NCBI GenBank assembly: GCA_038326725.1
Contig: JBBQKI010000004.1
Span: 4,393-68,392 of the forward strand
DNA from: Flavobacteriales bacterium
GTDB lineage: Bacteria > Bacteroidota > Bacteroidia > Flavobacteriales > Flavobacteriaceae
Length of the DNA stretch: 64,000 nucleotides
Reading direction: 5' to 3'
Made by a program: the position numbers and the translations under genes
Shown here: positions 19,010-28,824 of the stretch, piece by piece
Position numbering within the stretch: the stretch's first letter is position 1
Layout: every line of letters starts with the position of its first letter
Notes under the pieces: generated by a model
Seen by the model: the letters and a program-made list of their open reading frames with translations, nothing else
Databases searched by the model: none
What the model was told of the DNA's origin: nothing

Positions 19010-22000
19010 ATGAAAAACCTTACCCACCTTTTCTTACCTATGTTTTTGCTTTTCTTTTCAGGAAATGCACAGGAAACAGCATTAAAAGGCAAAGAACTAT
19101 TTGGCGATATGAAAGCCCGACATATTGGCCCGGCCATCATGAGCGGCCGAATAAATGATATTGAAAACCATCCCACCAATTCTCGTATTATCTATTTGGG
19201 TGCTGCCGGGGGCGGCGTTTGGAAGTCGAGTGACGGAGGAGTTTCATTCGTTCCAATTTTCGACAAACATGCACAGTCCATCGGGGTAGTGAAATTGGAT
19301 CCAAAAAATCCCGACGATGTAATTTGGGTCGGCACCGGAGAAACTTGGACACGTAACTCCGTCTCCATTGGCGACGGACTATATAAATCTACGGATGGAG
19401 GCAACAACTGGACCCAAATCCCGGGTTTTGAGAATTCGGAGCGCATTGCCTCCATTGCCATCAATCCCACCAATACCAATGAAATGTATGTTGGCGTTTT
19501 GGGGGCTTTGTGGAGCGACAGTGAAGACCGTGGGATTTATAAATCTTTAGATGGTGGAAAATCTTGGAACAAAATCCTGTATGTGGGCCCATCCACGGGC
19601 GCAACGGAAGTTATTATGGACCCAAAGAACCCAAATATTCTTTATGCCTCCTTCTGGCAACACCGCCGGAGCGCTTGGGGTTTTGAGTCTGGAGGGGAAA
19701 ACAGTGCATTGTACAAAACCGTGGATGCCGGAAAAACCTGGAACAAAATACACACGGGCTTTCCCGCCGGAAAATTGGGCAGGATAGCCGTGGAAGTTGC
19801 CCCAAGTGATTCTTCCATTTTATATTCCGTTTTGGAGACGGAAGATAAAGCCAAGAATGGCCTGTGGAAGTCCACCAATGCCGGGCAATCTTGGGAACAT
19901 TTAAACAATGACTTCGGCCTTACCGTACGGCCCTTTTATTTTTCACGGATTACCATAGACCCAAAAAATCCAGATGTGGTTATTAAAGGTGGTTTGTTCG
20001 GTTCCGTCAGTCGGGATGGTGGAAAAACCTTTAAAAACATGGGCGCCCTGCATTCCGATATTCATGACGTTACCTTTGATATAAACAACAGCGATATGAT
20101 TTATGTGGGAACCGACGGCGGGGTTTATCGTTCGTGGAATGGTGGCTCCACCCTTGAAATTGTTGAAAACCTACCGCTTTCCCAATTTTATCAAATTAGC
20201 GTTGATGATGCCGAACCCTACAATGTTTATGGTGGTTTGCAGGATAACGGTTCTTGGTACGGCCCTTCTTCCGCCCCTGGGGGCGTGAAAGCCCGCGACT
20301 GGAATAGCGTAGGTTACGGCGATGGTTTCAGGGTTTTGAAGCATCCCACAAAAAATATTATTTATTCCGAAATGCAGGGAGCAGCCAATGTTTGGCGTTA
20401 TGATGTGGAGAAAAAGAGGACAAAAACCATTCAGCCCCTTCCAAAAAAGGGGGATTCCAAACTTCGATTTAACTGGAACCCCCCCATAGCAACAAGCCAT
20501 CATGCCCCCGACCGTATTTATATAGGAAGCCAATTTTTACACAAGTCTGAAAATATGGGTGATAGTTGGGAAATTATTTCCCCGGATCTTAGCACGAACG
20601 ACGTTACCAAACAAGATCAGTCCAAATCCGGCGGGCTTTCCGTGGATAACAGCGGGGCAGAAATGCATACCACCATTTTCACAATTGCCGAATCTTCTAT
20701 GGACCAAAACATTATTTGGGTGGGAACGGATGATGGTAATGTTCAGTTAACAAAAGACGGTGGGAAGAATTGGGAAAACCTGACCGCAAACTTGGTTGGG
20801 ATTCCTAAAAATACCTGGGTTTACCATATTGAGGCCAGCGTTCACAATCTTGGAACAGCCTATGCGGTTTTTGAAGGGCACGCTTCGGGCAATATGAATC
20901 CTTATGCTCTAAAAACAAACGATTTCGGTAAAACTTGGACTTCCATTATTTCAGAAGATATTCCGAAAAATGCGTTTGTAAGGAATATCCAAGAAGATTA
21001 TGAAAACGAAAACCTTTTATTTTTGGGCACCGAACTTGGGTTGTACGTAACCATCGATGGCGGGAAAAACTGGTCGCAATTCACCAATAATATGCCCCCT
21101 GTGGCAGTACATTATATTGAACTTCATAAGAAAACCAACGATTTGGTTATGGGCACACACGGCCGGGGGGTGATCATAATAGATGACATAAGCCCATTGC
21201 GGGAATTGAATGAAAATATACTTGGTAAAGAAGTTCATTTTTTTGAATCCCAACCTTTTACAATGTCCGAAGAGAGTGGGTTCAGTGGGAATTTTGGTAC
21301 CGAAACCCAGTTTGTTGGGGAGAACAAAAACACCGCCGCCCGCATGGTTTACTATTTGAAAAAACGCCACACTTTTGGGAAAATGAGCATGGAAATCCAG
21401 GATATGGAAGGGAATAAAATCACTACTCTAAACCCTGGGAAATCAAAAGGACTGAACGTTGTTTATTGGAATTTCAACACCACTACTCCAAAAATGGCGG
21501 AAGGTAAAACCCTTTCTTATGGAGGGTTTACATCCCCCCGTGTACCTGAAGGAAAATATAAAGTGGTGTTAACCAAAGGTGATGAAACCTTTGAAAAAGT
21601 TATAAATACTAAATACGACGCCAATTCTTTAGCTACAATTGCTGAAAGAAAGGAACAAGAAGCTTTAACCCAAACAATGTTCAATATGGTGGAAGACTTG
21701 GCCTTTATGGTTTATGATATTACGACAATGCAGGAAAAAACGCAGGAAGTAATAAATGAGCATCCAAAAGGGAAGAAAGATGCCGAAAAGCTTTACAATA
21801 GTCTTGAAGCATTGCGGCAAGATTTGGTAATTACTTCCGGAGATAATTATGTGGCTTCCGCTGAACCCGAGCTTCGCGAAAAAATGGCCGATCTGTACAG
21901 TAATATCGCAAGTAGTTATGATCTGGTTTCCGGGGCACACAAACAAAATTTTGAATTGATTTCTGATGATTTTGAAGCTGCCAAAAAGCGATATGCAGAA

Positions 22001-22102
22001 ATAATAGAGAAAGAAGGGAAAAAGTTCATTTCATTTTTAGAGAAAAACAACATCCCCAAACCGGAAATTCAAAGTCGGGAGGATTTTTTAAAAAAAGGAT
22101 AA
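19010..22102 (+). CDS. Secreted BNR/Asp-box repeat (sortilin/VPS10-like, tandem beta-propeller) glycosyl-hydrolase-like protein
   Basis: 1030 aa with a signal peptide and about nine SxDxGxTW Asp-boxes (STDGGNNW, SLDGGKSW, TVDAGKTW, STNAGQSW, SRDGGKTF, TKDGGKNW, TNDFGKTW, TIDGGKNW). Confidence 0.85.
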   Translation: MKNLTHLFLPMFLLFFSGNAQETALKGKELFGDMKARHIGPAIMSGRINDIENHPTNSRIIYLGAAGGGVWKSSDGGVSFVPIFDKHAQSIGVVKLDPKNPDDVIWVGTGETWTRNSVSIGDGLYKSTDGGNNWTQIPGFENSERIASIAINPTNTNEMYVGVLGALWSDSEDRGIYKSLDGGKSWNKILYVGPSTGATEVIMDPKNPNILYASFWQHRRSAWGFESGGENSALYKTVDAGKTWNKIHTGFPAGKLGRIAVEVAPSDSSILYSVLETEDKAKNGLWKSTNAGQSWEHLNNDFGLTVRPFYFSRITIDPKNPDVVIKGGLFGSVSRDGGKTFKNMGALHSDIHDVTFDINNSDMIYVGTDGGVYRSWNGGSTLEIVENLPLSQFYQISVDDAEPYNVYGGLQDNGSWYGPSSAPGGVKARDWNSVGYGDGFRVLKHPTKNIIYSEMQGAANVWRYDVEKKRTKTIQPLPKKGDSKLRFNWNPPIATSHHAPDRIYIGSQFLHKSENMGDSWEIISPDLSTNDVTKQDQSKSGGLSVDNSGAEMHTTIFTIAESSMDQNIIWVGTDDGNVQLTKDGGKNWENLTANLVGIPKNTWVYHIEASVHNLGTAYAVFEGHASGNMNPYALKTNDFGKTWTSIISEDIPKNAFVRNIQEDYENENLLFLGTELGLYVTIDGGKNWSQFTNNMPPVAVHYIELHKKTNDLVMGTHGRGVIIIDDISPLRELNENILGKEVHFFESQPFTMSEESGFSGNFGTETQFVGENKNTAARMVYYLKKRHTFGKMSMEIQDMEGNKITTLNPGKSKGLNVVYWNFNTTTPKMAEGKTLSYGGFTSPRVPEGKYKVVLTKGDETFEKVINTKYDANSLATIAERKEQEALTQTMFNMVEDLAFMVYDITTMQEKTQEVINEHPKGKKDAEKLYNSLEALRQDLVITSGDNYVASAEPELREKMADLYSNIASSYDLVSGAHKQNFELISDDFEAAKKRYAEIIEKEGKKFISFLEKNNIPKPEIQSREDFLKKG

Positions 22103-22110
22103 ATGTTGTT

Positions 22111-22252
22111 TTGCCACGAATGCATAAATATTTTTTCTTTTTTTATATAAACAATTCGTGGATTCGTGGCGGATGAAATGGAAATGTGTTGCCACGAATA
22201 CACAAATTTTTTTTTAAGATTTTTCATTAAAATTATTCGTGCATTCGTGGCT
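22111..22252. repeat. Two tandem copies of a palindromic element whose arms are tandem CACGAAT heptamers (GCCACGAATRCAYAAAT ... ATTCGTGSATTCGTGGC)
   Basis: Copy 1 arms at 22113-22129 and 22153-22170. Copy 2 arms at 22191-22207 and 22235-22251. Loops are AT-rich with T-runs. The elements fill the gap between convergent genes, so they probably act as terminators. Confidence 0.75.
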
Positions 22253-22259
22253 TATAATT

Positions 22260-23621
22260 TCATTTATTTATAAAAACAGTTTTCAGGTTCACGAATTCCC
22301 GGATTCCGTGAATGCTGAGTTCCCGGCCGTAACCGCTTTCTTTAATCCCGCCAAAAGGCAATCGAGGGTCGCTTTTTACTAATTCATTAATGAACACTGC
22401 CCCTTCATCAAACTCATAGGCCAATTTCTCTGCAGCTTCAATATTTTTAGAAAAAATGGACACACCAAGTCCAAACCGCGAGCTGTTTGAAAGTTGAATG
22501 GCTTCTTCAACAGTTTTAAAAGTGGTAACGGAAAGTACGGGACCAAAGGTTTCTTCGCTGAAAACGGCCATACTTTCATTTACATCCGTAAGGATGGTTG
22601 GCTCAAAATATGCGCCTTGTCGTTTCCCTCCCAAAGCAAGGCTTGCTCCCGATTTGATTGAACTTTCCACTTGTTTTTCCAAAGAAACCGCTAAGTCTTC
22701 CCGTGCCAAAGTGCCAATATAGGTAGCTTCATCCATAGGGTCGCCGCTTTTTAGCTCTCGAGTTTTTGTTATCAATTTTTCTGTAAATTCTTTGGAAATG
22801 GATTCATCAACCAATAAACGTTTTCCAGCAATACAACTTTGACCAGTATTTTGGAATCGCGCTTGAATACAAGTTTCCACGGTTTTATCGATATCACAAT
22901 CTTTTAGAACAACCAAGGCATTACTACCGCCCAATTCCAATACGGTTTTTTTAATGTTCTTTCCGGCTGTTGAAGCTACCGCCGAACCCGCCGTGCCGCT
23001 TCCTGTTAATGTTACTGCTTTTATAATGGGGTTTTCGATGATAGCTTCAATGGCTTCACTATTTACCAATAATGCCGAAAAACAAAATTCCGGAAAGCCA
23101 GCTCTATTAAAAACCTTTTCAATATTCAAAGCACTTCCAAAAACATTGGAAGCATGCTTTAAAACTGCAATATTCCCAGCCATCAATGCCGGTGCGGCAA
23201 AACGAAACACTTGCCAAAATGGATAATTCCAAGGCATAATGGCCAGCACTACCCCCATCGGTTCAAAACTCACATAGCTTTTATGAGCATCGGTTTTTAT
23301 GATTTCATTTTCTAATTGCTTTTCGGCATTTTCAGCATAATACTCGCATCCCAAGGCACATTTTTCAACTTCTGCCAAAGCTTGTGATATTGGCTTTCCC
23401 ATTTCCTTAGTGATGGTTTGGGCATATTCATTTGCACTTTTCCGAAGCTCGGTAGCGGCGGCAAGCATAAGTTTTTTTCGTTCGCTAAAAGGAGTTTCCC
23501 GCCAATGTTTAAAGCGTTTTTGAGCATTTTCCAAAATTTCGCCTACCTCTTTTTTGGTATGTGTTTTAAAAGTTGCGATTTCTTCGCCACTATAAGGATT
23601 TTTGGAAATTATTTTAGCCAT
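22260..23621 (-). CDS. NAD(P)-dependent aldehyde dehydrogenase (succinate-semialdehyde dehydrogenase-like)
   Basis: 453 aa. ALDH motifs VLELGGSNA and catalytic-Cys region FQNTGQSCIAGKR; PFGGIKESGYGRE near the C-terminus. Confidence 0.88.
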   Translation of the reverse strand: MAKIISKNPYSGEEIATFKTHTKKEVGEILENAQKRFKHWRETPFSERKKLMLAAATELRKSANEYAQTITKEMGKPISQALAEVEKCALGCEYYAENAEKQLENEIIKTDAHKSYVSFEPMGVVLAIMPWNYPFWQVFRFAAPALMAGNIAVLKHASNVFGSALNIEKVFNRAGFPEFCFSALLVNSEAIEAIIENPIIKAVTLTGSGTAGSAVASTAGKNIKKTVLELGGSNALVVLKDCDIDKTVETCIQARFQNTGQSCIAGKRLLVDESISKEFTEKLITKTRELKSGDPMDEATYIGTLAREDLAVSLEKQVESSIKSGASLALGGKRQGAYFEPTILTDVNESMAVFSEETFGPVLSVTTFKTVEEAIQLSNSSRFGLGVSIFSKNIEAAEKLAYEFDEGAVFINELVKSDPRLPFGGIKESGYGRELSIHGIREFVNLKTVFINK

Positions 23622-23742
23622 TGGTTTTATTTTAAAGGTATTGAAATCATTGAAACAGTAAGTTACGATTAAGAGTGTTTTAACGAAGGTTTTGTTTAAA
23701 AAATAATAACACGTATAGCTCGTTAGCTTTTATAGTTTGTAA

Positions 23743-23750
23743 TACATTTG
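23743..23750 (+). promoter_or_regulatory. Candidate Bacteroidota -7 promoter box (TAnnTTTG) for gcvT
   Basis: TACATTTG is an exact match to the published TAnnTTTG consensus, 56 nt upstream of the gcvT ATG. No clear -33 TTG is present. Confidence 0.3.
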
Positions 23751-23805
23751 CGAATATCAATATAGTTAGTAATAATCAAAAGATACCCGCTTTCGCGGGC
23801 ACAAC

Positions 23806-24888
23806 ATGAAAAATACCGCACTTACACACATCCACGAACAATTAGGAGCAAAACTTGTTCCTTTTGCTGGTTATAATATGCCTGTTTCCTACGAAGGCGT
23901 AAATGCCGAACACGAAACCGTGCGAAAAGCTGTGGGGGTTTTTGATGTATCCCACATGGGCGAATTTTTAATAACCGGCCCAAAGGCGTTGTCGCTAATT
24001 CAAAAAGTGTGCAGCAATGATATTTCCGTAATGGTTGATGGGCAGGCGCAGTATAATTGCCTGCCCAATGAAACCGGTGGTATTGTTGACGATTTAATCG
24101 TTTACCGTTTTGATGCTGAAAAATGGCTGTTGGTTGTGAACGCTTCAAACATTGATAAAGATTGGGATTGGATTACGAAACATAATGAAGTAAACGCAGA
24201 AATGCGCAACCTTTCCGATGATTATTCGCTTTTGGCAATACAAGGCCCAAACGCAATTGAAGCGATGCAATCACTGACTTCAGTTGATTTAAGTGCAATA
24301 AAATTCTACACTTTTAAAGTTGCCGATTTTGCCGGAATTGAACACGTAATCATCAGTGCCACAGGATATACCGGCAGTGGTGGATTTGAGATTTATTGCA
24401 AGAATAGTGAAGTCGAGCAAGTTTGGAACAAAGTAATGGAGGCTGGGAAAAATTTCGATATAAAACCCATTGGTCTTGCTGCACGTGATACCCTTCGTTT
24501 GGAAATGGGTTTCTGTCTTTACGGGAATGATATTAACGATACCACTTCGCCTATAGAGGCAGGCTTGGGATGGATTACCAAATTCACTAAAGATTTCATC
24601 AATTCCGAAAACCTGAAAAGGGAAAAAGAAAACGGGCCAAAACGCAAACTCATCGCTTTTGAACTGAACGAGCGGGGCATCCCTCGCCACGATTATGAAA
24701 TTGTGGATAAACAAGGCAACATTATTGGCATCGTTACCAGCGGCACCATGGCACCTTCACTAAACAAAGGGATTGGTTTGGGATATGTACCCACAGAATT
24801 CAGCAAAGTGGGAAGTGAAATTTTTATTCAAATAAGGAAAAACGCTGTACCTGCAACCGTTGTAAAACTTCCATTTTATAAGGCTTAA
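23806..24888 (+). CDS. gcvT: Glycine cleavage system aminomethyltransferase T
   Basis: 360 aa. [56 protein letters not shown]. Confidence 0.95.
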   Translation: MKNTALTHIHEQLGAKLVPFAGYNMPVSYEGVNAEHETVRKAVGVFDVSHMGEFLITGPKALSLIQKVCSNDISVMVDGQAQYNCLPNETGGIVDDLIVYRFDAEKWLLVVNASNIDKDWDWITKHNEVNAEMRNLSDDYSLLAIQGPNAIEAMQSLTSVDLSAIKFYTFKVADFAGIEHVIISATGYTGSGGFEIYCKNSEVEQVWNKVMEAGKNFDIKPIGLAARDTLRLEMGFCLYGNDINDTTSPIEAGLGWITKFTKDFINSENLKREKENGPKRKLIAFELNERGIPRHDYEIVDKQGNIIGIVTSGTMAPSLNKGIGLGYVPTEFSKVGSEIFIQIRKNAVPATVVKLPFYKA

Positions 24889-25736
24889 TGGGGAACCGGA
24901 TCCTAATTCTCGGGGCCAGCGGATTTATCGGGAATTACGTTTATAGGGAACTTCTGCCCTATTTTGAGGTGTTTGGAACATATTGCCATCAAAATCGTGT
25001 TTATCAAGAAAATCATGTTTTTTCTCAATATTGCGTAGAAGATGACAACCTTCCTTTGCTCCTCAACAAAATAAAACCTGGGATTATAATTAGTGCGCTG
25101 ATCGGAAATTTTAAAGACCAGTTAAAAGCGCACCGCGAACTTTGTGAATATGCTGAAAACACCAGTAAGTGCAGGATACTCTATTTTTCCGCAGCCGAGG
25201 TTTTTGATGGTGCCAACCGATTTCCAGCATACGAAAACGACAGGCCTTTAGCTGAAAGCGATTGCGGAAAATTCAAGATTGCAGTGGAAAAATTATTGTT
25301 GGAAAGAATACCAAAACAAATCGCCATTCTTCGCTTGCCACTGGTTTTGGGGATAAATTCGCCAAAGGTGCAGCAATTGCGGCAAGCCACAAGGCACAAA
25401 GCAGTTTTTGAGGTTTTCCCAAACCTGATTGTTTCCGTTACCACGGTAAACAAAATTTCCCAGCAACTGCATTATATAATCAACAAAAAACTGACTGGGA
25501 TTTTTCATCTGGCCAGTAATGATATGGTGCACCACGAAGAACTTTTTCGAGAAATAGCCTCAAAAACCGGGAATAAAATCCCTATCTTTAAAAGCGTTTA
25601 TAGCAGCAATGACGATAGTTACCTCGCTATCCTCCCCAAGAAAAACCGCTTGCCCCTGCCCTATCAAACCACTGTGGCCAAAGTAATCGAGGAATGCACA
25701 TTAAAAGAAGAATTTGAAACTCTTAAAAAAAATTGA
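24888..25736 (+). CDS. NAD(P)-binding sugar-nucleotide epimerase/reductase-like protein (RmlD-type Rossmann fold)
   Basis: ILILGASGFIGNYV glycine-rich motif, 282 aa. Its ATG overlaps the gcvT stop (TAATG). Confidence 0.6.
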   Translation: MGNRILILGASGFIGNYVYRELLPYFEVFGTYCHQNRVYQENHVFSQYCVEDDNLPLLLNKIKPGIIISALIGNFKDQLKAHRELCEYAENTSKCRILYFSAAEVFDGANRFPAYENDRPLAESDCGKFKIAVEKLLLERIPKQIAILRLPLVLGINSPKVQQLRQATRHKAVFEVFPNLIVSVTTVNKISQQLHYIINKKLTGIFHLASNDMVHHEELFREIASKTGNKIPIFKSVYSSNDDSYLAILPKKNRLPLPYQTTVAKVIEECTLKEEFETLKKN

Positions 25737-25737
25737 T

Positions 25738-26019
25738 ATGAAAAAGTATTCTGAAAAAGAGATAAATGAAAAATTAAAAGAAATGGAAGGCTGGGATTAT
25801 GAAGACGGCGCCATCCATACTTCCTTTGAGTTCGATGATTTTAAAGATGCGTTTTCCGTGATGACGCGTATTGCCTTTGAAGCCGAAACCATGCAGCACC
25901 ACCCAGATTGGTCCAATGTTTACAATACCTTAAACATTTCGCTATCCACCCACGATGCCGGTGGCGTTACCGAAAAGGATTTTAAATTGGCAAAGATTAT
26001 TGATGGATTGGTGGGGTGA
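25738..26019 (+). CDS. 4a-hydroxytetrahydrobiopterin (pterin-4-alpha-carbinolamine) dehydratase
   Basis: LKEMEGWDYEDGAIHTSFEFDDFKDAFSVMTRIAFEAETMQHHPDWSNVYNTLNISLSTHDAGGVT is the classic PCD pattern. Start at ATG 25738. Confidence 0.9.
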   Translation: MKKYSEKEINEKLKEMEGWDYEDGAIHTSFEFDDFKDAFSVMTRIAFEAETMQHHPDWSNVYNTLNISLSTHDAGGVTEKDFKLAKIIDGLVG

Positions 26020-26027
26020 AGTTGCGC

Positions 26028-26390
26028 TTAGCCATTGGCCAATAATATATCCGCAGGGATATTCAAACCTTTGTAAAGTGACCTTATCATTTTAAGCGTT
26101 AGGCTTCTCTTTCTGTTTAAGATCTCGCTTACCCTACTTTGGCTTCCAAGATATTTAACCATATCTGCATTGGTCATGTCCATTTGCTCCATCCTAAACT
26201 TGATGGCATCGATGGGATCTGGCGGGGCAATGGGCCAGTGCTTCATTTCATAGGATTCAATCAGTGTTATCAGCAAATCCAATTCATCGCCTTTAGCTGT
26301 GTCTTTATTTGTTCCCCATAATTCATCGACTCTTTTGACCGAATCATTATAATCTTGTTCTGTTTTAATTGGCTTAATATCCATAATCAA
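26028..26390 (-). CDS. higA: Type II antitoxin HigA (XRE-type HTH)
   Basis: 120 aa with a C-terminal HTH (DMVKYLGSQSRVSEILNRKRSLTLKMIRSL). It lies downstream of, and overlaps by 4 bp, a HigB-like toxin gene. Confidence 0.8.
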   Translation of the reverse strand: MIMDIKPIKTEQDYNDSVKRVDELWGTNKDTAKGDELDLLITLIESYEMKHWPIAPPDPIDAIKFRMEQMDMTNADMVKYLGSQSRVSEILNRKRSLTLKMIRSLYKGLNIPADILLANG

Positions 26391-26686
26391 ATTGTTTTAG
26401 CTTCTATTTTGTCATATAGCTTGTGTGTTCCAATGAATCGTATAAAGATTACCTGAAACTCATAATCTATCGCAACTACTAATCTGTAATCATTGCCTTT
26501 AATGTTAAACACCACTTTTCCATCACCTAAAATACTAGCATTTGGGTATTGGAGTTTAAGCTCATGGGTATTTTTCCATTCAGCTGCCCTAGCATCGTGA
26601 TACCAAGCCCGCAAAGAAGTTTCGGAGCCTGTATTCTCTGGCCTTTCAAAAAACTCCCTAATAGCCCTAAAGGCAATAATCCTCAT
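26387..26686 (-). CDS. higB: Type II toxin HigB (RelE/ParE superfamily mRNA interferase)
   Basis: 99 aa. MRIIAFRAIREFFE...W...L...YPNASILGDGKVVFNIKGNDYRLVVAIDYEFQVIFIRFIGTHKLYDKI. Toxin-first gene order as in higBA. Confidence 0.8.
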   Translation of the reverse strand: MRIIAFRAIREFFERPENTGSETSLRAWYHDARAAEWKNTHELKLQYPNASILGDGKVVFNIKGNDYRLVVAIDYEFQVIFIRFIGTHKLYDKIEAKTI

Positions 26687-26848
26687 GGTGCAAATGTATG
26701 GAAATTATTTTATGGCTTCCCAAATTGGGATATATTTGCCGAATACCCTTAGTGATTTGCTAGAATGAATTTATTGGAAATTTTCGCCCTAAAATAAAAT
26801 TTGCCAACCCAATCAAATTTTTAAATTTGCAGTCAAAACAACCAAACT

Positions 26849-27568
26849 ATGGGAAGAGCCTTTGAATTCCGCAAAGCAAGGAAAATGAAACGTTGGTCCG
26901 CCATGTCAAAAGCCTTTACACGTATCGGCAAAGACATCGTGATGGCTGTAAAAGAAGGCGGGCCGGATCCTGATTCCAACTCAAGGCTGAGGGCGGTTAT
27001 CCAAAATGCCAAGGCCGTTAACATGCCGAAGGACAACGTGGAGCGCGCCATTAAAAAAGCGAGCGACAAAAGTTTGGGCGATTTTAAGGAAATTCTTTTT
27101 GAAGGTTATGCCCCACACGGAATCGCCATTTTGGTGGAAACCGCCACCGATAATAACACTCGCACGGTAGCCAATATACGTTCCTATTTTAACAAATGCG
27201 ACGGTAGCCTTGGCACTTCCGGCTCGGTTTCATTTATGTTCGATCACACTTGCAATTTCCGCATCAGTGCGCAAGGAATGGATATTGAAGAACTGGAACT
27301 GGAACTGATAGACCACGGCTTGGATGAAATTTTCCAAGATGAAGACGGCATTTTGATTTATGCGCCTTTTGAAAATTTCGGTTCAATTCAATCCTTTTTG
27401 GAAGAAAAAAATATAGAAATCCTTTCCTCAGGTTTTGAAAGAATCCCTCAAGTCACGAAAAAACTTTCCGAGGCCGATGCTGCCGATGTTGAAAAATTAT
27501 TGGATAAAATTGAAGAGGATGATGATGTTCAGAACGTGTACCACACTATGGAAGAAAGCACGAACTGA
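26849..27568 (+). CDS. YebC/PmpR-family DNA-binding transcriptional regulator
   Basis: MGRAFEFRKARKMKRW...KAFTRIGKDI...GGPDPDSNSRLRAVIQNAKAVNMPKDNVERAIKKA. Confidence 0.93.
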   Translation: MGRAFEFRKARKMKRWSAMSKAFTRIGKDIVMAVKEGGPDPDSNSRLRAVIQNAKAVNMPKDNVERAIKKASDKSLGDFKEILFEGYAPHGIAILVETATDNNTRTVANIRSYFNKCDGSLGTSGSVSFMFDHTCNFRISAQGMDIEELELELIDHGLDEIFQDEDGILIYAPFENFGSIQSFLEEKNIEILSSGFERIPQVTKKLSEADAADVEKLLDKIEEDDDVQNVYHTMEESTN

Positions 27569-27583
27569 TTTATTAGGAAAAAG

Positions 27584-27629
27584 AAAATCCCCCTATTCCA
27601 ATGTTTGGAAAGTAGGGGGATTTTTATAT
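27584..27629. terminator. Strong bidirectional rho-independent terminator
   Basis: Perfect 12-bp stem aaaatcccccta / tagggggatttt with an inner ttccaa/ttggaa extension, followed by a T-run. It lies between convergent genes. Confidence 0.85.
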
Positions 27630-27645
27630 TAAAAGCAGTACTAGA

Positions 27646-28680
27646 TTAATTGTCATTAAAAAATACCGAAGAAGCACCTTCAAAACCGGCACTAAAGGTT
27701 GGGATTAAATTGCCACCTGCCCCGGTTTCTGTGAAGTACAATATTTTTCCCCCTTCATTGGCTCGTTCCGCAATAAATATGGTTTGCCTTTCATTGTCGT
27801 AATCAACTGAAACAGGGTTACCCAATTCCGTTAAATTTCCTGAAACCCTTACTTGATTCCCGGCCACGGCCAGTGTGCCTCCATCTTCAGTTATGTTGAA
27901 TTTTGTAATAAATCCGCTTATAAAATGGAAGCCACCATCAGTAGCATTTTCAGCATCGCCGATATCCGTTAGGATTACAAAACCATCATCTTCAGCAATC
28001 CCGTGGGTTCGGACGATTCCTTCTATTGTAATCCGTTTTGAGGGAGCAACCGTGGCATCAATAGTGTTGTCTGCCACAAAATTGTTGAAGGAAGCCACAT
28101 CCGCAGTTTTATCAACAACCGCAAAAAGAGTATTACCAATAAATTCAATTCCCCAAACCGCGAAATCCACGGTTACGGTATTCCTTAAATTTATGCCGTT
28201 TTCATCACGTTCGAATATAAAAAAACGTCCATCATTCGTATCGGGATTGCCATCCACATCGGCATTATCCGAAATTACGTAAACATCACCATTAACGGCA
28301 ATATCTCGAGGGCTTTCCAAACTGGGGGTGCTTGATACTAAAAGGCTCAAATTGGAACCATCTGGTACATTTGAAATATTACTATAAACATTAACCGTTG
28401 ATTGTGATCGCGAGTTGACGACAATTTCATTTGCTTCTTCATCATAAAAAACCCCTTCCGAGTCCTCGGAACCGGTGCTTAATATTCGAGTTAAGATAAT
28501 TGTTGGGGTAAAATCGAACACCGCAAGATTATCACCTGTATTACTGGTGGCGTACAAACTGGCCAGAACATTTGGTGGAAGCGGATCGCCATCATCTGTT
28601 GGGCTATCATCCTCCGTATTGCACGATGCAAATAACAATGTTGACGCTAAGGCAAAGCTTAAAAATTTAATATTTTTCAT
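27646..28680 (-). CDS. Hypothetical lipoprotein (beta-propeller-like repeats)
   Basis: 344 aa with lipobox LLFASC, an acidic linker and repeated beta-strand-rich segments. No family recognised. Confidence 0.6.
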   Translation of the reverse strand: MKNIKFLSFALASTLLFASCNTEDDSPTDDGDPLPPNVLASLYATSNTGDNLAVFDFTPTIILTRILSTGSEDSEGVFYDEEANEIVVNSRSQSTVNVYSNISNVPDGSNLSLLVSSTPSLESPRDIAVNGDVYVISDNADVDGNPDTNDGRFFIFERDENGINLRNTVTVDFAVWGIEFIGNTLFAVVDKTADVASFNNFVADNTIDATVAPSKRITIEGIVRTHGIAEDDGFVILTDIGDAENATDGGFHFISGFITKFNITEDGGTLAVAGNQVRVSGNLTELGNPVSVDYDNERQTIFIAERANEGGKILYFTETGAGGNLIPTFSAGFEGASSVFFNDN

Positions 28681-28824
28681 AATTATTTAATTTTAATTTA
28701 ATACATAGTTAAAAATAAGATTTCATATTGAGAAATGTAAAGAAAATGATTAACGGGAAATTAACAACAGATGATTGGTTTCATGCCGTTAGAATATAAC
28801 CAATTATAAGAACTTAACAGTGCT

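Noticed and set aside
23622-23805. Glycine riboswitch upstream of gcvT.
   Set aside because: I could not find the conserved glycine-aptamer core sequences, and only a short GC hairpin is present. A covariance-model scan would be needed to be certain.
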